Shown: piece by piece, positions 1-9,815 of the stretch
Position numbering within the stretch: the first letter of the stretch is position 1
Layout: the number at the start of each line of letters is the position of its first letter
DNA from: an uncultured virus (IMG/VR IMGVR_UViG_3300049793_000365)
Taxonomy: Duplodnaviria; Heunggongvirae; Uroviricota; Caudoviricetes
Reading direction: 5' to 3' (one strand)
IMG/VR virus record: IMGVR_UViG_3300049793_000365
Length of the DNA stretch: 64,000 nt
Notes under the pieces: generated by a model
Told to the model about the DNA's origin: nothing
Databases searched by the model: none
The model's input: only the letters and a program-made list of their open reading frames with translations
Made by a program: the position numbers and the translations under genes

Positions 1-128
1 CAGAATTAGAACCAGTTAAACACGAAATGATGAAGTGGGTTAATTCTAAACCAATTATTAATGGTGATGAATTTATCAATAAATGTATTGAGTTAGGAGC
101 AGAAGAAGATTCAATCGATTATAACTAA
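1..128 (+). CDS. 3' end of a hypothetical protein (partial)
   Basis: Open frame from position 3 (ELEPVKHEMMKW...SIDYN) to TAA at 126-128. Confidence 0.6.
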   Translation, partial: ELEPVKHEMMKWVNSKPIINGDEFINKCIELGAEEDSIDYN

Positions 129-406
129 TTCCAGCAGATATTGAATTCTTTCAATTTCTTATTGCGAAGCATCGTCATTAAATAGTATTCTATCTCTTCT
201 GTGTTATCAGCTATTTCGATTACTACACCAGACATGATATAAATAAGCTTAGGTGAACTATTTTCACGAAAGTATATATCATCATCACCATCACGATAAA
301 CCCAGTCACCGGCTGATACCTCACATGGGTCATATACAGAACAGTACTTCGATTCAACGAGTTGTTTGAACCCGATAGATTTTAATATTTTAACAATGTC
401 CGACAT
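125..406 (-). CDS. hypothetical protein, C-terminal RDxKI-type tag
   Basis: Ends RNKKLKEFNICWN; last of a tight minus-strand run. Confidence 0.7.
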   Translation of the reverse strand: MSDIVKILKSIGFKQLVESKYCSVYDPCEVSAGDWVYRDGDDDIYFRENSSPKLIYIMSGVVIEIADNTEEIEYYLMTMLRNKKLKEFNICWN

Positions 407-751
407 TTAGTTTACAATAATACTAATTTGTTCGTTACGATGTGCAGATATATCTAAAAAATATTTGTGAAATAAATGAACACTGTTAATATCCCATAAG
501 ATTGGTAGCTTACCAGCTAGTATGTCAGCCTCTTGCTTTCTATCGAAATCATTGACCATTCCTTCCCAATCTGCTGGATTATCTAACTTAAGAAAGTAGT
601 CAGGAAAGTTACCAACAGATACCCAACAACTTGTGTATTTCGTGTGGATATCTTCTTGTTTATCATCAGATGCTATCAGATAAGAATAATTCTCACCAAC
701 TAAAAAGGAAACACCATAACCATCAAACTGTTTTATACATCTACAAGTCAT
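407..751 (-). CDS. hypothetical protein, CxCIK...FxxYF family, tagged
   Basis: CRCIKQF...FLVGENYSY...FHKYFLDISAHRNEQISII. Confidence 0.75.
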   Translation of the reverse strand: MTCRCIKQFDGYGVSFLVGENYSYLIASDDKQEDIHTKYTSCWVSVGNFPDYFLKLDNPADWEGMVNDFDRKQEADILAGKLPILWDINSVHLFHKYFLDISAHRNEQISIIVN

Positions 752-990
752 AATATAGAGTTTATTTTCTCATCCCTGTGACAAGACATACATAGATTAT
801 CTCTATCTCTACAATCTACACAAGCAGTAAAATAATGCTTACAGTCATTACATTCACAAGTTCGAGTAACACCTTCCTTATTACAGAAAATACACACAGG
901 TTCTACCCTATTAATCGATATGATAGTATCACATGATTTTAGCTTATTCATAGAATCGCGTATTGATTCCGAAAAGGTAGACAACAACAT
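748..990 (-). CDS. small Cys-rich (zinc-finger-like) protein, tagged
   Basis: Several CxxC pairs; ends RDEKINSIL. Confidence 0.7.
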   Translation of the reverse strand: MLLSTFSESIRDSMNKLKSCDTIISINRVEPVCIFCNKEGVTRTCECNDCKHYFTACVDCRDRDNLCMSCHRDEKINSIL

Positions 991-1184
991 TACGCGAGAA
1001 CAGATTTGATTTTCTTATCTCTCATAGCTATTTTACCACATAGTAGTTTTACTACGTCACCTGGTATTTTTTCATTCTTCTCGCAGTAGTCATGTAACTC
1101 TTCGAGTGTGATTATAGATTCACCTTGGTATATTAAATTGTGATTATCATCAATTGTGATACCTTCCATTCCAAATAGTCCCAT
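990..1184 (-). CDS. hypothetical protein, tagged
   Basis: Ends RDKKIKSVLA. Confidence 0.7.
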   Translation of the reverse strand: MGLFGMEGITIDDNHNLIYQGESIITLEELHDYCEKNEKIPGDVVKLLCGKIAMRDKKIKSVLA

Positions 1185-1189
1185 ATTTA

Positions 1190-1501
1190 TTAGTTTATTA
1201 GTTCGTCTAACTGTATGTTGCGATACTCAATAACATCCATGAAGCGATATTTAAAATTATCATGTGATAGTCTAACCAAACCACAATCGCTATTAGGATC
1301 TAATAGAAGCTCATCTATTGACTTATAATATGTATAATACTCACCTTCTTCGAATACGACAGTAGATGATTGTGTATCGGTATGATATGACCGAATACAA
1401 ACACATTTGCTTTCTATTAACTGTTGTTGCATCACTAATTTATAGTTAAGTTGTCCTGAAAGGTTGGTTCTGTATAGTGAAATTAATAGACTGTGTATCA
1501 A
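1190..1501 (-). CDS. hypothetical protein, CxCIK...FxxYF family, tagged (true start probably further downstream)
   Basis: CVCIRSY...FEEGEYYTY...FKYRFMDVIEYRNIQLDELIN. Confidence 0.7.
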   Translation of the reverse strand: MIHSLLISLYRTNLSGQLNYKLVMQQQLIESKCVCIRSYHTDTQSSTVVFEEGEYYTYYKSIDELLLDPNSDCGLVRLSHDNFKYRFMDVIEYRNIQLDELIN

Positions 1502-1564
1502 TGACTTATTTTAATAGAATGTTATTAACATAAATTTTAACACTTAAATCCATATATTTGGACT

Positions 1565-1759
1565 ATGAGAGATTATTTTAAAAGATTAAGACATCACCCA
1601 GGATTAACAATTGCTACATTAATGACAATTGTTGGGTTTTTAGCAGGAGCTTCTAACAAACACATGAATTTTTGGAGCGGTGGTATAATGGGATTAATTG
1701 TAATGGGTGGATTTTGTTGGACACTTGTGTTGCTATCTAATATCAAAAGAAAAGGATGA
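1565..1759 (+). CDS. small two-TM membrane protein
   Basis: Two hydrophobic segments; TATATTTG 4 nt upstream of ATG. Confidence 0.75.
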   Translation: MRDYFKRLRHHPGLTIATLMTIVGFLAGASNKHMNFWSGGIMGLIVMGGFCWTLVLLSNIKRKG

Positions 1760-2142
1760 AGCTATATAAATTGAATACCTTTATAGAAAACATCGAAGGT
1801 GATATATCCGATGGTATAATAACCAATGACGAAGCATTGAGAACAATTATGAACTATGCGAGATTTCTAAGAACTGAATTAGATATCAATATGTTTATAG
1901 GTGAATCAAAGATTTTCGAAGGAGAGTTTAAAGAAAGTGATTGTTGGGAAGCTGGATATGACTATCATGTGAAGGGCGCATTCATAAAATCAACAACTGT
2001 ATTGAATTCACATTTAAGCTCAGATATCATAAATATCAACGATAGAACAATAGAATGGTTGGTTGATAGTTTTTATGGTGGTGTTAGAGTAAACCGAGCT
2101 GGTCTTAGAGCATATAATATAGAAATTATATTAAGTGAATGA
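1756..2142 (+). CDS. hypothetical protein, tagged
   Basis: ATGA coupling; ends RAYNIEIILSE. Confidence 0.7.
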   Translation: MKLYKLNTFIENIEGDISDGIITNDEALRTIMNYARFLRTELDINMFIGESKIFEGEFKESDCWEAGYDYHVKGAFIKSTTVLNSHLSSDIININDRTIEWLVDSFYGGVRVNRAGLRAYNIEIILSE

Positions 2143-2426
2143 GACCAAAACCACTAAAACAATATGCTGAGTATTTAAGAATTAATATAGAGAGATACAT
2201 TGAAGACTTCGAATATAACATACACCACTCAAGCTTAACAGAGTATGTTAAATCTGGTGAGATATCTGGTAACCTATATCTCGGAACATCACGAGAAACT
2301 AAGATAGCATTTTTCAATTATTATAAAACTGAGATAGAAATACAGACCCGTGTTTCTCTTATGACATTTGAAGAATTTTACTCACAATTAAAAAGAGACA
2401 ATAAAATAAACAGCATTATTAAATAA
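2139..2426 (+). CDS. hypothetical protein, tagged
   Basis: ATGA coupling; ends RDNKINSIIK. Confidence 0.75.
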   Translation: MRPKPLKQYAEYLRINIERYIEDFEYNIHHSSLTEYVKSGEISGNLYLGTSRETKIAFFNYYKTEIEIQTRVSLMTFEEFYSQLKRDNKINSIIK

Positions 2427-2443
2427 ATCCGTACATTTGTTGT

Positions 2444-2704
2444 ATGAAAAAGAAATATCGATATCAGAAATATGCGTATGACATGGACACCGTTAAGTCT
2501 GGTGATATCATTCCAATTATGTGCGACCATTCTACGTGTAATCGATTCTTAGTTGCTAAACTATTGGATCCACACATCGGTATTTGTTATGTACCAGTTT
2601 ATAAATCTAATTTTGATATGCGTAATCAGTCTTGGAAATGTTTCCAACATAGAATTGATGAAGCTACTAAGCGCGATAATAAAATTAAAAAAATCCTTAA
2701 GTAA
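2444..2704 (+). CDS. hypothetical protein, tagged
   Basis: TACATTTG just upstream; ends RDNKIKKILK. Confidence 0.75.
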   Translation: MKKKYRYQKYAYDMDTVKSGDIIPIMCDHSTCNRFLVAKLLDPHIGICYVPVYKSNFDMRNQSWKCFQHRIDEATKRDNKIKKILK

Positions 2705-2722
2705 TTGATAATCAAATAGTTA
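2698..2722. promoter_or_regulatory. 25-bp imperfect dyad, putative operator
   Basis: TAAGTAATTGATAATCAAATAGTTA; related copies at 7485-7509, 43470-43494, 50446-50470. Confidence 0.45.
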
Positions 2723-2750
2723 TTGTCCAATAAGATGGATTAATTATCAA

Positions 2751-2782
2751 TTTGCATATCCGGTTTTTTCTCCATATATTTA
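2751..2782 (+). promoter_or_regulatory. Bacteroidota-type primary-sigma promoter
   Basis: TTTG (2751-2754), 20 nt, TATATTTA (2775-2782), ATG at 2787. Confidence 0.7.
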
Positions 2783-2786
2783 CACT

Positions 2787-3005
2787 ATGGTAAAGAAAAA
2801 AGAACTCAAATCAAAAAAGGCTTCTAAAAAGCCAGCCACACCTAAAGCCAAAACGAAGACAAAGAAAGAAGTTGTCGTTGTTAGCTCACAGATAGGTACT
2901 GGTATATCATCCAGAGTATTCGATGCTAAAACAGGTGAGTTCCTATATTCATCTTGGATAAATAAAAATCTCAAAGCACCTAAAACAAATTATAAAAAGA
3001 AATAA
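2787..3005 (+). CDS. small Lys-rich basic protein (possible nucleic-acid binder)
   Basis: N-terminus KKKELKSKKASKKPATPKAKTKTKK. Confidence 0.7.
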   Translation: MVKKKELKSKKASKKPATPKAKTKTKKEVVVVSSQIGTGISSRVFDAKTGEFLYSSWINKNLKAPKTNYKKK

Positions 3006-3006
3006 T

Positions 3007-3354
3007 ATGAGCGACATTTCAGAAAAACTAAAGAATATCAGCCCGGAAGAATTTCGTTGTTATGATACAATCAACCGTGGTAGAAAGCGAATTGAGGAAT
3101 TAAAAAAAGAAGAATCTGATATCTATAATGATACACGGGTTGCTCAGGATTTACTAACATTATTGCTTCGCGATAAATATGAAAGTCTTGGTTTCAAAAA
3201 GGGTGTGAAGGTTAAATACAACAACAAACAACACAAGATAGACACTATATTTTTCGACAGTGAAATGTTGATGATGCAGGTTATTCTTACACCAGCACCG
3301 AGTACTAAATTATTTGGAAAAATATTCGTTGATGATTTGAAGATTATCAAATGA
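3007..3354 (+). CDS. hypothetical protein
   Basis: 115 aa ORF within plus-strand operon. Confidence 0.7.
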   Translation: MSDISEKLKNISPEEFRCYDTINRGRKRIEELKKEESDIYNDTRVAQDLLTLLLRDKYESLGFKKGVKVKYNNKQHKIDTIFFDSEMLMMQVILTPAPSTKLFGKIFVDDLKIIK

Positions 3355-3830
3355 CACAAGAAAGAGTCGATGATATAAATGAGTGGATAAAGAAAGTCGC
3401 TGAAATAAACAGCGATACTGTTTCTTTATCTGTTGATGGTGATCCTTTTACTAAATGGGATAGGGAAAGTTATACCACTGTTGTTTATGTAAATGGTGAG
3501 AAGAAAAGAGACCTTACACACAGAGACACACCATCAATTAGGTTACATAGAATAAATTCAATCATGAAGGCTTGGGGATTGACACTTAACAGTATATCGG
3601 GTTGGAATAATGGTAAATTCCAGTGGGCTGGTTCTGGTATCTATACACATATTGAAATGAATACATTTCACACTGATTTATTTAAAATTGGTGATAGTGA
3701 ATGGATAACATTTCACGAGCGATTAATAGAAGATTGGATTGACGAACACATAGTTGAGAAATCTAAACAAAGTGGTAGTAAAGAAATTGAGCGAGAAATA
3801 AAAATAAGGTCTATTGTAAAACAGTGCTAA
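3351..3830 (+). CDS. hypothetical protein, tagged
   Basis: Ends REIKIRSIVKQC. Confidence 0.75.
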   Translation: MTQERVDDINEWIKKVAEINSDTVSLSVDGDPFTKWDRESYTTVVYVNGEKKRDLTHRDTPSIRLHRINSIMKAWGLTLNSISGWNNGKFQWAGSGIYTHIEMNTFHTDLFKIGDSEWITFHERLIEDWIDEHIVEKSKQSGSKEIEREIKIRSIVKQC

Positions 3831-4102
3831 GTGAAACACAAATAGCAGTAAGGTGGTATATGCAATTACCAACACATAGACAAATAAGAGTTTGTGTTAG
3901 GATGGGTTACACTGATTTTAACTCGCGTATAAGAAGTGAGCAGAATGACAAGGCTTTTATGAAATGGGTAGCTGAGAACCACAAGGTTGATACACTAATA
4001 GAAATATCAAAAGACGTTGATGCGTCTAATGATGAAATCAAAGAGAGAGTAAGACATCGTAAACTTAATAAATTAACAGATGAGGGAAATACACAGAACT
4101 AG
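3824..4102 (+). CDS. hypothetical protein, tagged
   Basis: RHRKLNKLT near C-terminus. Confidence 0.65.
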   Translation: MLSETQIAVRWYMQLPTHRQIRVCVRMGYTDFNSRIRSEQNDKAFMKWVAENHKVDTLIEISKDVDASNDEIKERVRHRKLNKLTDEGNTQN

Positions 4103-4319
4103 ATTCGGATCTATAATTCACGAACATGGTTACTTTGTTGTGTTATGGAATCGCAATAGAGAACATCGTGAGTTTAGAACACTACACGAAGCTGAAGACT
4201 TTTTACACTACATATGTGACAGATATGAAAAAGAAAGGTATGAAAGTGCGTATGTAAAATCACCAGAACAAATAAAACAGGAAAACCGAAGTAACGCTCT
4301 TGATAAACTACTAGGATGA
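4080..4319 (+). CDS. hypothetical protein, tagged
   Basis: Ends RSNALDKLLG. Confidence 0.7.
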   Translation: MREIHRTRFGSIIHEHGYFVVLWNRNREHREFRTLHEAEDFLHYICDRYEKERYESAYVKSPEQIKQENRSNALDKLLG

Positions 4320-4723
4320 AATACGAATTAGTAACACATATGCCAAATGATGGTTGGTCTTATATTAGAGTAGATGGAAATCTATATCTAATATACCCAC
4401 CATTCAGTGAAGATTTATGTTCACGAAAAGCCAGTGACTCAGATATTGATAGTTCAATACGATTTGGTTTCGCGCTATTGAACAAACCATTCGATAACGC
4501 AGATGATTTACTTCGCTACATTAAAGATGAATACACAAAGCATATAGACCCATCCATATTGAACATATCAAATGATGAGCTATTGGATAAATTTATAAGA
4601 GTAGCATCACCAGATGATGTCGAATACTTCCTACAACTAATAGAAACCGAGCTTATACCAAACGGTAAGCACGAAGCCGCGTCTCGTCTACGAGATAAGT
4701 TGTCTAAATTGAATAAAATTTAA
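4316..4723 (+). CDS. hypothetical protein
   Basis: ATGA-coupled 135 aa ORF; ends RDKLSKLNKI (tag-like). Confidence 0.7.
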   Translation: MKYELVTHMPNDGWSYIRVDGNLYLIYPPFSEDLCSRKASDSDIDSSIRFGFALLNKPFDNADDLLRYIKDEYTKHIDPSILNISNDELLDKFIRVASPDDVEYFLQLIETELIPNGKHEAASRLRDKLSKLNKI

Positions 4724-4732
4724 GAGAATTTT

Positions 4733-4808
4733 TGCTGGCTCAGCATGATTAGATTTCCCGGACAGAACCCCGTACTATATACATCCTTTTATGGGGAGAA
4801 GAAATCTG
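4733..4808 (-). ncRNA. candidate small structured RNA
   Basis: ORF-free gap; stems 4751-4759/4799-4807, 4768-4771/4793-4796, 4733-4737/4741-4745; minus-strand promoter CTTG-N20-TATATTTG (4843-4812) points into it. Confidence 0.45.
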
Positions 4809-4881
4809 ATACAAATATAATACAAGATATGTTATTATGCAAGTAAATCCGAAACTTTTATCCACTTACGGATGTTAATAA

Positions 4882-5157
4882 CTAAAATGAATATCCGATA
4901 GCTACTGTCTTAACATCAATATCGATATTTAAATCTTGTATATCAGTTAGAATTCTTTCAGCACCAACGTTGTAGAACGTAGCAGAACCACCCTTTTGTT
5001 TAATGGTATTATAAGGCCCATATTTAGTAGACCATGTGTGTACTTTAGTTCTAAACTTATGATAAGTGATAGTTCCATCAGAGTGTATATACATCATATA
5101 TCTCTTTCTTCGAGGATCGAATTCGCATTTACCCGTAACTATTTTGAATGTAGACAT
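4882..5157 (-). CDS. hypothetical protein
   Basis: 91 aa, coupled to upstream gene. Confidence 0.7.
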   Translation of the reverse strand: MSTFKIVTGKCEFDPRRKRYMMYIHSDGTITYHKFRTKVHTWSTKYGPYNTIKQKGGSATFYNVGAERILTDIQDLNIDIDVKTVAIGYSF

Positions 5158-5519
5158 TAACCAAGAACTTTATTTAGTTTAGTATCTCGCGTCAGTCTTA
5201 ATTCTCGGTAGTTATACTCAGTGGGTGAGTTCTGATTATATTGTATCGAAACACATTCACCATTTACACTGAATACGTTGTAGGTGATGAAGCTATTCTC
5301 TTTGAATATCTTAACCTCGTCACCAATTTCGAATGGAAAATGAACCAACTCATCGAGTGATGTTCTCTGTGCTGTTTCTTGTAACATACCATTCTTGTGA
5401 TAGTTTACAAACGCATTTTCCTCCTGCATTGATTTCACAACACCTACTTCACAATCTTTGTGATACGTGTCTTTATTAGAATGGCGCGGTACATATATTA
5501 CTGAGTCTCCTGGTTTCAT
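5157..5519 (-). CDS. hypothetical protein, tagged
   Basis: Ends RDTKLNKVLG. Confidence 0.75.
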   Translation of the reverse strand: MKPGDSVIYVPRHSNKDTYHKDCEVGVVKSMQEENAFVNYHKNGMLQETAQRTSLDELVHFPFEIGDEVKIFKENSFITYNVFSVNGECVSIQYNQNSPTEYNYRELRLTRDTKLNKVLG

Positions 5520-5800
5520 ATTTCTAAATATTCTAATTTTCTGTTTCTAATTATACTACGATAACATTCATAGAACTCTGGCATATATACCTCTTCTATA
5601 TAACTAACACGGCTCCAAACATACTTATCAATATCAAGTTCAAGAACATAAACTTTTTGACCAACAAGCTCGAATCTATAAATATGCCCATTTAGAGCTG
5701 AACCATAGAATGTATAGTGTTGATTAATCGACTTGAATAATAATATTATATCGTCGGTACCAAGCTCTTGTATATCGCTATTTATGTGGTATTTATTCAT
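5516..5800 (-). CDS. hypothetical protein, tagged (start moved to MNKYH)
   Basis: Ends RNRKLEYLEI; shorter start removes long overlap with upstream gene. Confidence 0.65.
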   Translation of the reverse strand: MNKYHINSDIQELGTDDIILLFKSINQHYTFYGSALNGHIYRFELVGQKVYVLELDIDKYVWSRVSYIEEVYMPEFYECYRSIIRNRKLEYLEI

Positions 5801-6038
5801 TGAGCAAATCTTCACACTTTGAATCTCTATCCATTTTTTTAAACTCAGAGACATACTTATTGAAAACCGCATCAGATGGCTTTTTTTCAAAATATATTAG
5901 CTTCTCCTTTCGGTTACCAAATATGCGTTGTAGAAATTTATTTTTGCGTGGCTTAGTTCGTATGATAACAAACTCTTCATGACCTGGATCTGGATAACCT
6001 TGGTCTACTATTACAGATTCAATTGAATATTCCATCAT
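5793..6038 (-). CDS. hypothetical protein, tagged
   Basis: TATATTTG upstream; ends RDSKCEDLLNE. Confidence 0.7.
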   Translation of the reverse strand: MMEYSIESVIVDQGYPDPGHEEFVIIRTKPRKNKFLQRIFGNRKEKLIYFEKKPSDAVFNKYVSEFKKMDRDSKCEDLLNE

Positions 6039-6086
6039 TTGTTAATTTAAACAAATATAGTGAGAAAAGTCCGAAATAAAAAATGA

Positions 6087-7382
6087 TTAGCCAGAAATTA
6101 TAACATCATAAGTACCAGTAACACTAACCGTGATATCAACAGTATTTGATGTTCTATTATTAGCATCGAATAGATTAATCATATCACCAGTCGCGATATC
6201 CCACAATGAAATATTGATATACTTAGTATTTAAATTATGAGTTATCGTATCAGCAACGCTAGCAGTTAATGAATGTGTAGCCGAAATAAATTTCTTAGAA
6301 TCTACATATCCCTTATCAACTAATGACCTAAGTGTGTAATTACCTGAATAGTCAGCCGCATATTTAGCACCATTCGGTGCCGATACGACTACATCATTCG
6401 CGGATTGTACTACTACGTGATTCCAACCATTTACAAAAAGAGCATCACCAGATGCATAAATATATGAATTGTATGTACCAAATGCTAATATACTAGCACT
6501 TTGCATAAGAATACCACCATTAGTTAATTGAGCAACATAAGTACCAGCCGCGTTAAAGGTTATTGAGTTACTTGCGCTTAATCCAATAACAGTTGATGAA
6601 TAATCAAATACCTTAGCACCAGTACTACTATATAAAATTCTATTATTTATATCAATTGAATTTACTGATGAGCCATCAGCTAAACCATTAGCATTTACTT
6701 TAAATGTGCTGGATGCTAAACTACCACTTGTGTTAAAATAAGCTACGCTATTCGTATTACCAGAATATGTCAATCCTGCCGAGTCTACATATCCTTTATC
6801 AACCAATGACCTTAAAGTAAAATTAGCTGAGTAGTCAGAATCATAAACAACACCCGAAAATGTTGGGTTAGACGCGGCTACTAATACTTGTAATGAATTG
6901 TCTAAATATATATTATTAGTACCATCAATGTCACCAACTTGCCACTGAGGGAAGTTTAATTTATTTGTTGTTACATTACCGTTATCAGAAGCTAATTGTA
7001 AATCAATCGTAGTGTCTACATACTCTTTATCAACTAAGGATCTTAGCGTATATTCACCAGAATAGTCAGCATTATAAACAATACCAGAAAAGGTACCAGA
7101 AACACCGAGAACTTTAATCGAATTTTCTAAAACTTGAACGTATGAGTTGCTATCTACTGATAGTATTTTACTTGAAGTACCCATTACGATATCATAGATA
7201 CCAGTAGAATTACCATTATATAATACACCAGCTAAAGTATCGCTACTTCCTATGTTTATGATATTACCAGAGCTATCTTTTAGCTTTAGTCTTTCATCCA
7301 AGTCCAAACCAATAATATACTTACTAGCGGCAGGATTTGGTAGTGCTGATAAATCAACGGGTAATATCTTAATTATACTCAT
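6087..7382 (-). CDS. putative virion fibre/structural protein with three internal repeats
   Basis: Ser/Gly/Thr/Asn-rich; three copies of YxxDYSxx[YF]TLRSLVDKxYVD; C-terminal ITHNLNT segment; TAATATATA 4 nt before ATG. Confidence 0.6.
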   Translation of the reverse strand: MSIIKILPVDLSALPNPAASKYIIGLDLDERLKLKDSSGNIINIGSSDTLAGVLYNGNSTGIYDIVMGTSSKILSVDSNSYVQVLENSIKVLGVSGTFSGIVYNADYSGEYTLRSLVDKEYVDTTIDLQLASDNGNVTTNKLNFPQWQVGDIDGTNNIYLDNSLQVLVAASNPTFSGVVYDSDYSANFTLRSLVDKGYVDSAGLTYSGNTNSVAYFNTSGSLASSTFKVNANGLADGSSVNSIDINNRILYSSTGAKVFDYSSTVIGLSASNSITFNAAGTYVAQLTNGGILMQSASILAFGTYNSYIYASGDALFVNGWNHVVVQSANDVVVSAPNGAKYAADYSGNYTLRSLVDKGYVDSKKFISATHSLTASVADTITHNLNTKYINISLWDIATGDMINLFDANNRTSNTVDITVSVTGTYDVIISG

Positions 7383-7582
7383 ATACTATATATTAAGCTA
7401 TGAAAAGCAAAATATTGTCATGATCCATTTTGTGTCCGAAAAAAGGTTATTAACGGACGCTTGTTAATATCTTATATGTAAATTTAATGCACTGGATATC
7501 AATTACTTGACGATTATCCATGTAGAGGCGAGTAAACTTTATACTACTTCGATCCTAAGAAGTTTACACAAATGTTAAAAAT

Positions 7583-8635
7583 ATGTTCACGACACAAAAA
7601 ACAGCAACACACAATCATTTTCCAGCAAAGAAATGGGAGAGTCCAGACTCAGTAGTATCAGATATCGATGTGATAGTAGTACTTAAAGCAAATGGTTATA
7701 ATACAGACCAAATAGCTACTGCTGCTAGTAGAACCAGTGAATCCATAAATAATAAATCTAAAAGTTTCAGCACGAAAACCATCGGGTCGAATACTGCTGG
7801 TATTAAAGGTAAGTATGAAACTAATGACATTTTCTTATCGCAGATAAAACCAAAATCTATATTAGACCTACACGCTGGTAAGCATAGTTATTATGATCCA
7901 TATTCATCCATAAATAACACTAAACTCATAACCAATGATAAGAAATACAAGGGTCACACATATAAAGGAGACGCTGGTAAAGTAGCATCTTTATTATATG
8001 GTCAGGGTGAGAGCTTTGATATAGTTGACATTGACCCATTCGGTTCAGCTTATTCGTGCTTCATGTCAGGTATTCAAATGGCTGATAAAGCATTAATTAT
8101 AACATTTGGTGACATTAAAAATGCTATACAGTATAGAAATATACAAACATACGGACCAAGATATAGTGTGTTAGAAATAGAAGAATTAACGATTTCGAAA
8201 ATACTAAATGAGGTTAATAGAATTGCGTCTATATGTAAGAAGGTTTTGACTATTAAGCATCACCTAACGACTGGTAAAATGCACAGAATTTACTTTGAAG
8301 TAAAGCCCGCACCAAAGCAAAATCCATTAAAGGTAGTCAACAAAAAGCCAAAGAAGGTAAGAAGCATACTCAATGAATATAAATCAGTTAGGTACAACTT
8401 CCAGAAGGGAGTTTTAGATGTAAAGGTTATAGCTAAAAAGCTCAATTTGGATGTCAATATAGTAAAGCAGTGTAAAGTTGAATTTTTGAAAAAATTAGGA
8501 GACAAAGATCCAAACCAATTACAATCAATGTTTGAAGAAACCCGTAAGAAGATAGAATCTGGACAGATAGAAATACCTAAGGTTAGTGATAATCAAGACT
8601 TTGTGAATAGATACATTAGAACTAAGAATAAGTAG
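7583..8635 (+). CDS. SAM-dependent methyltransferase-like protein, substrate unknown
   Basis: Motif I-like ILDLHAG and FDIVDIDPFGS; basic C-terminal extension. Confidence 0.6.
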   Translation: MFTTQKTATHNHFPAKKWESPDSVVSDIDVIVVLKANGYNTDQIATAASRTSESINNKSKSFSTKTIGSNTAGIKGKYETNDIFLSQIKPKSILDLHAGKHSYYDPYSSINNTKLITNDKKYKGHTYKGDAGKVASLLYGQGESFDIVDIDPFGSAYSCFMSGIQMADKALIITFGDIKNAIQYRNIQTYGPRYSVLEIEELTISKILNEVNRIASICKKVLTIKHHLTTGKMHRIYFEVKPAPKQNPLKVVNKKPKKVRSILNEYKSVRYNFQKGVLDVKVIAKKLNLDVNIVKQCKVEFLKKLGDKDPNQLQSMFEETRKKIESGQIEIPKVSDNQDFVNRYIRTKNK

Positions 8636-8749
8636 TCCACAATTATATGTTGATAACTTTTGTAGATTATACACGACATATCGGGCAATTAATTCTACAT
8701 TTGCGTCCATAATTATTTAATTTTTTATTAACCAAAAACACCAAAAAGT

Positions 8750-9715
8750 ATGTTAGCAGTACAGAAATCAGTAGCTCAATCCATTATCGGATTAAACATT
8801 CAATCATTATTCGGTAAAGTAAATGCTATCCCAACAGACCGTGGATATGTTGCAGATATCACACCTGATATGGCAAGAAGCATCGTTGAAACAAGAAATC
8901 ACAGCAATCGCCCAATTAGCAGAAATAGCGTTGTAGCTTTTGCTAAAGAAATGAAAAATGGTAACTGGAAATTACTTACAGATGCAATCGCATTTGATGT
9001 TAACGGAAACCTTATTAACGGACAGCACCGTTTACTTGCTGTAATTATGTCAGAAACAACTCAGCGTTTTCACATTTTCGAAAACCAACCAGTAGCAAAC
9101 TTTACCGTATATGATACTGGTAAAAACAGAACTGCTGGTGATATCTTAAGCATTAGTGGTATTTCAAATAGCGCAAGTGAGTGTAAAAGTTTATCAAGTA
9201 TGATTAAATTCATCTTGAACTATGAAGGATTACCAACATCAGCTAACAAAGAGAAACGCATTATCGCTGTTACATCACAGGCTAATGCTAAGATAACCGG
9301 AATCACAAATGAGATAGTATTAAACTATGCTCAACAAAATTTAGCACGTTTACAGAGCAGTCGCACATTTGCCACAGCACTTGACTTACCAGGTAAGTTA
9401 AAAGTACCTGAGGTTGCTGGTTTATATTACTTGATGTCAAAAATCAATTTGTCAAAAACAAACAGCTTCTTCAATTCACTATCTTCTGGTGCTAATCTTT
9501 CCGCAGATAGTCCAATTCTCCACTTAAATAAAGCACTTCGTTACAGTGATACACTTGAACACAGTTCATATAAATCATCATATAAACTTGCCTTGGTTGT
9601 AAAAGCCTGGAAGATGTATTGTGATGGTAAAACAATGAACATGGGTGTGAGTAAAGCAACTTCTAATCGTATGTTGTTAACTGTTCGTCCAACTGAGACA
9701 ATTACTATCGATTAA
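8750..9715 (+). CDS. ParB/Srx-like N-terminal domain protein
   Basis: NRPIS...MKNGNW...IAFDVNGNLINGQHRLLAV. Confidence 0.7.
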   Translation: MLAVQKSVAQSIIGLNIQSLFGKVNAIPTDRGYVADITPDMARSIVETRNHSNRPISRNSVVAFAKEMKNGNWKLLTDAIAFDVNGNLINGQHRLLAVIMSETTQRFHIFENQPVANFTVYDTGKNRTAGDILSISGISNSASECKSLSSMIKFILNYEGLPTSANKEKRIIAVTSQANAKITGITNEIVLNYAQQNLARLQSSRTFATALDLPGKLKVPEVAGLYYLMSKINLSKTNSFFNSLSSGANLSADSPILHLNKALRYSDTLEHSSYKSSYKLALVVKAWKMYCDGKTMNMGVSKATSNRMLLTVRPTETITID

Positions 9716-9762
9716 TAAACAAATTTGCCTGTGATTTTATAGGTGTTTTTGGGTTACAGGTG

Positions 9763-9799
9763 AAAGGGAAGCAGGTCTGAATAAGACCTGTTTCTCTTT
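9763..9799 (+). terminator. intrinsic terminator-like hairpin
   Basis: AAAGGGAAGCAGGTCT / AGACCTGTTTCTCTTT followed by T-rich run. Confidence 0.65.
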
Positions 9800-9815
9800 A
9801 TTTTAAAAATTTTTT

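Noticed and set aside
7583..8635. Calling the gene a Trm1 tRNA methyltransferase
   Set aside because: DIDPFGS resembles Trm1, but the protein is short and other families share the motif; left as MTase-like.
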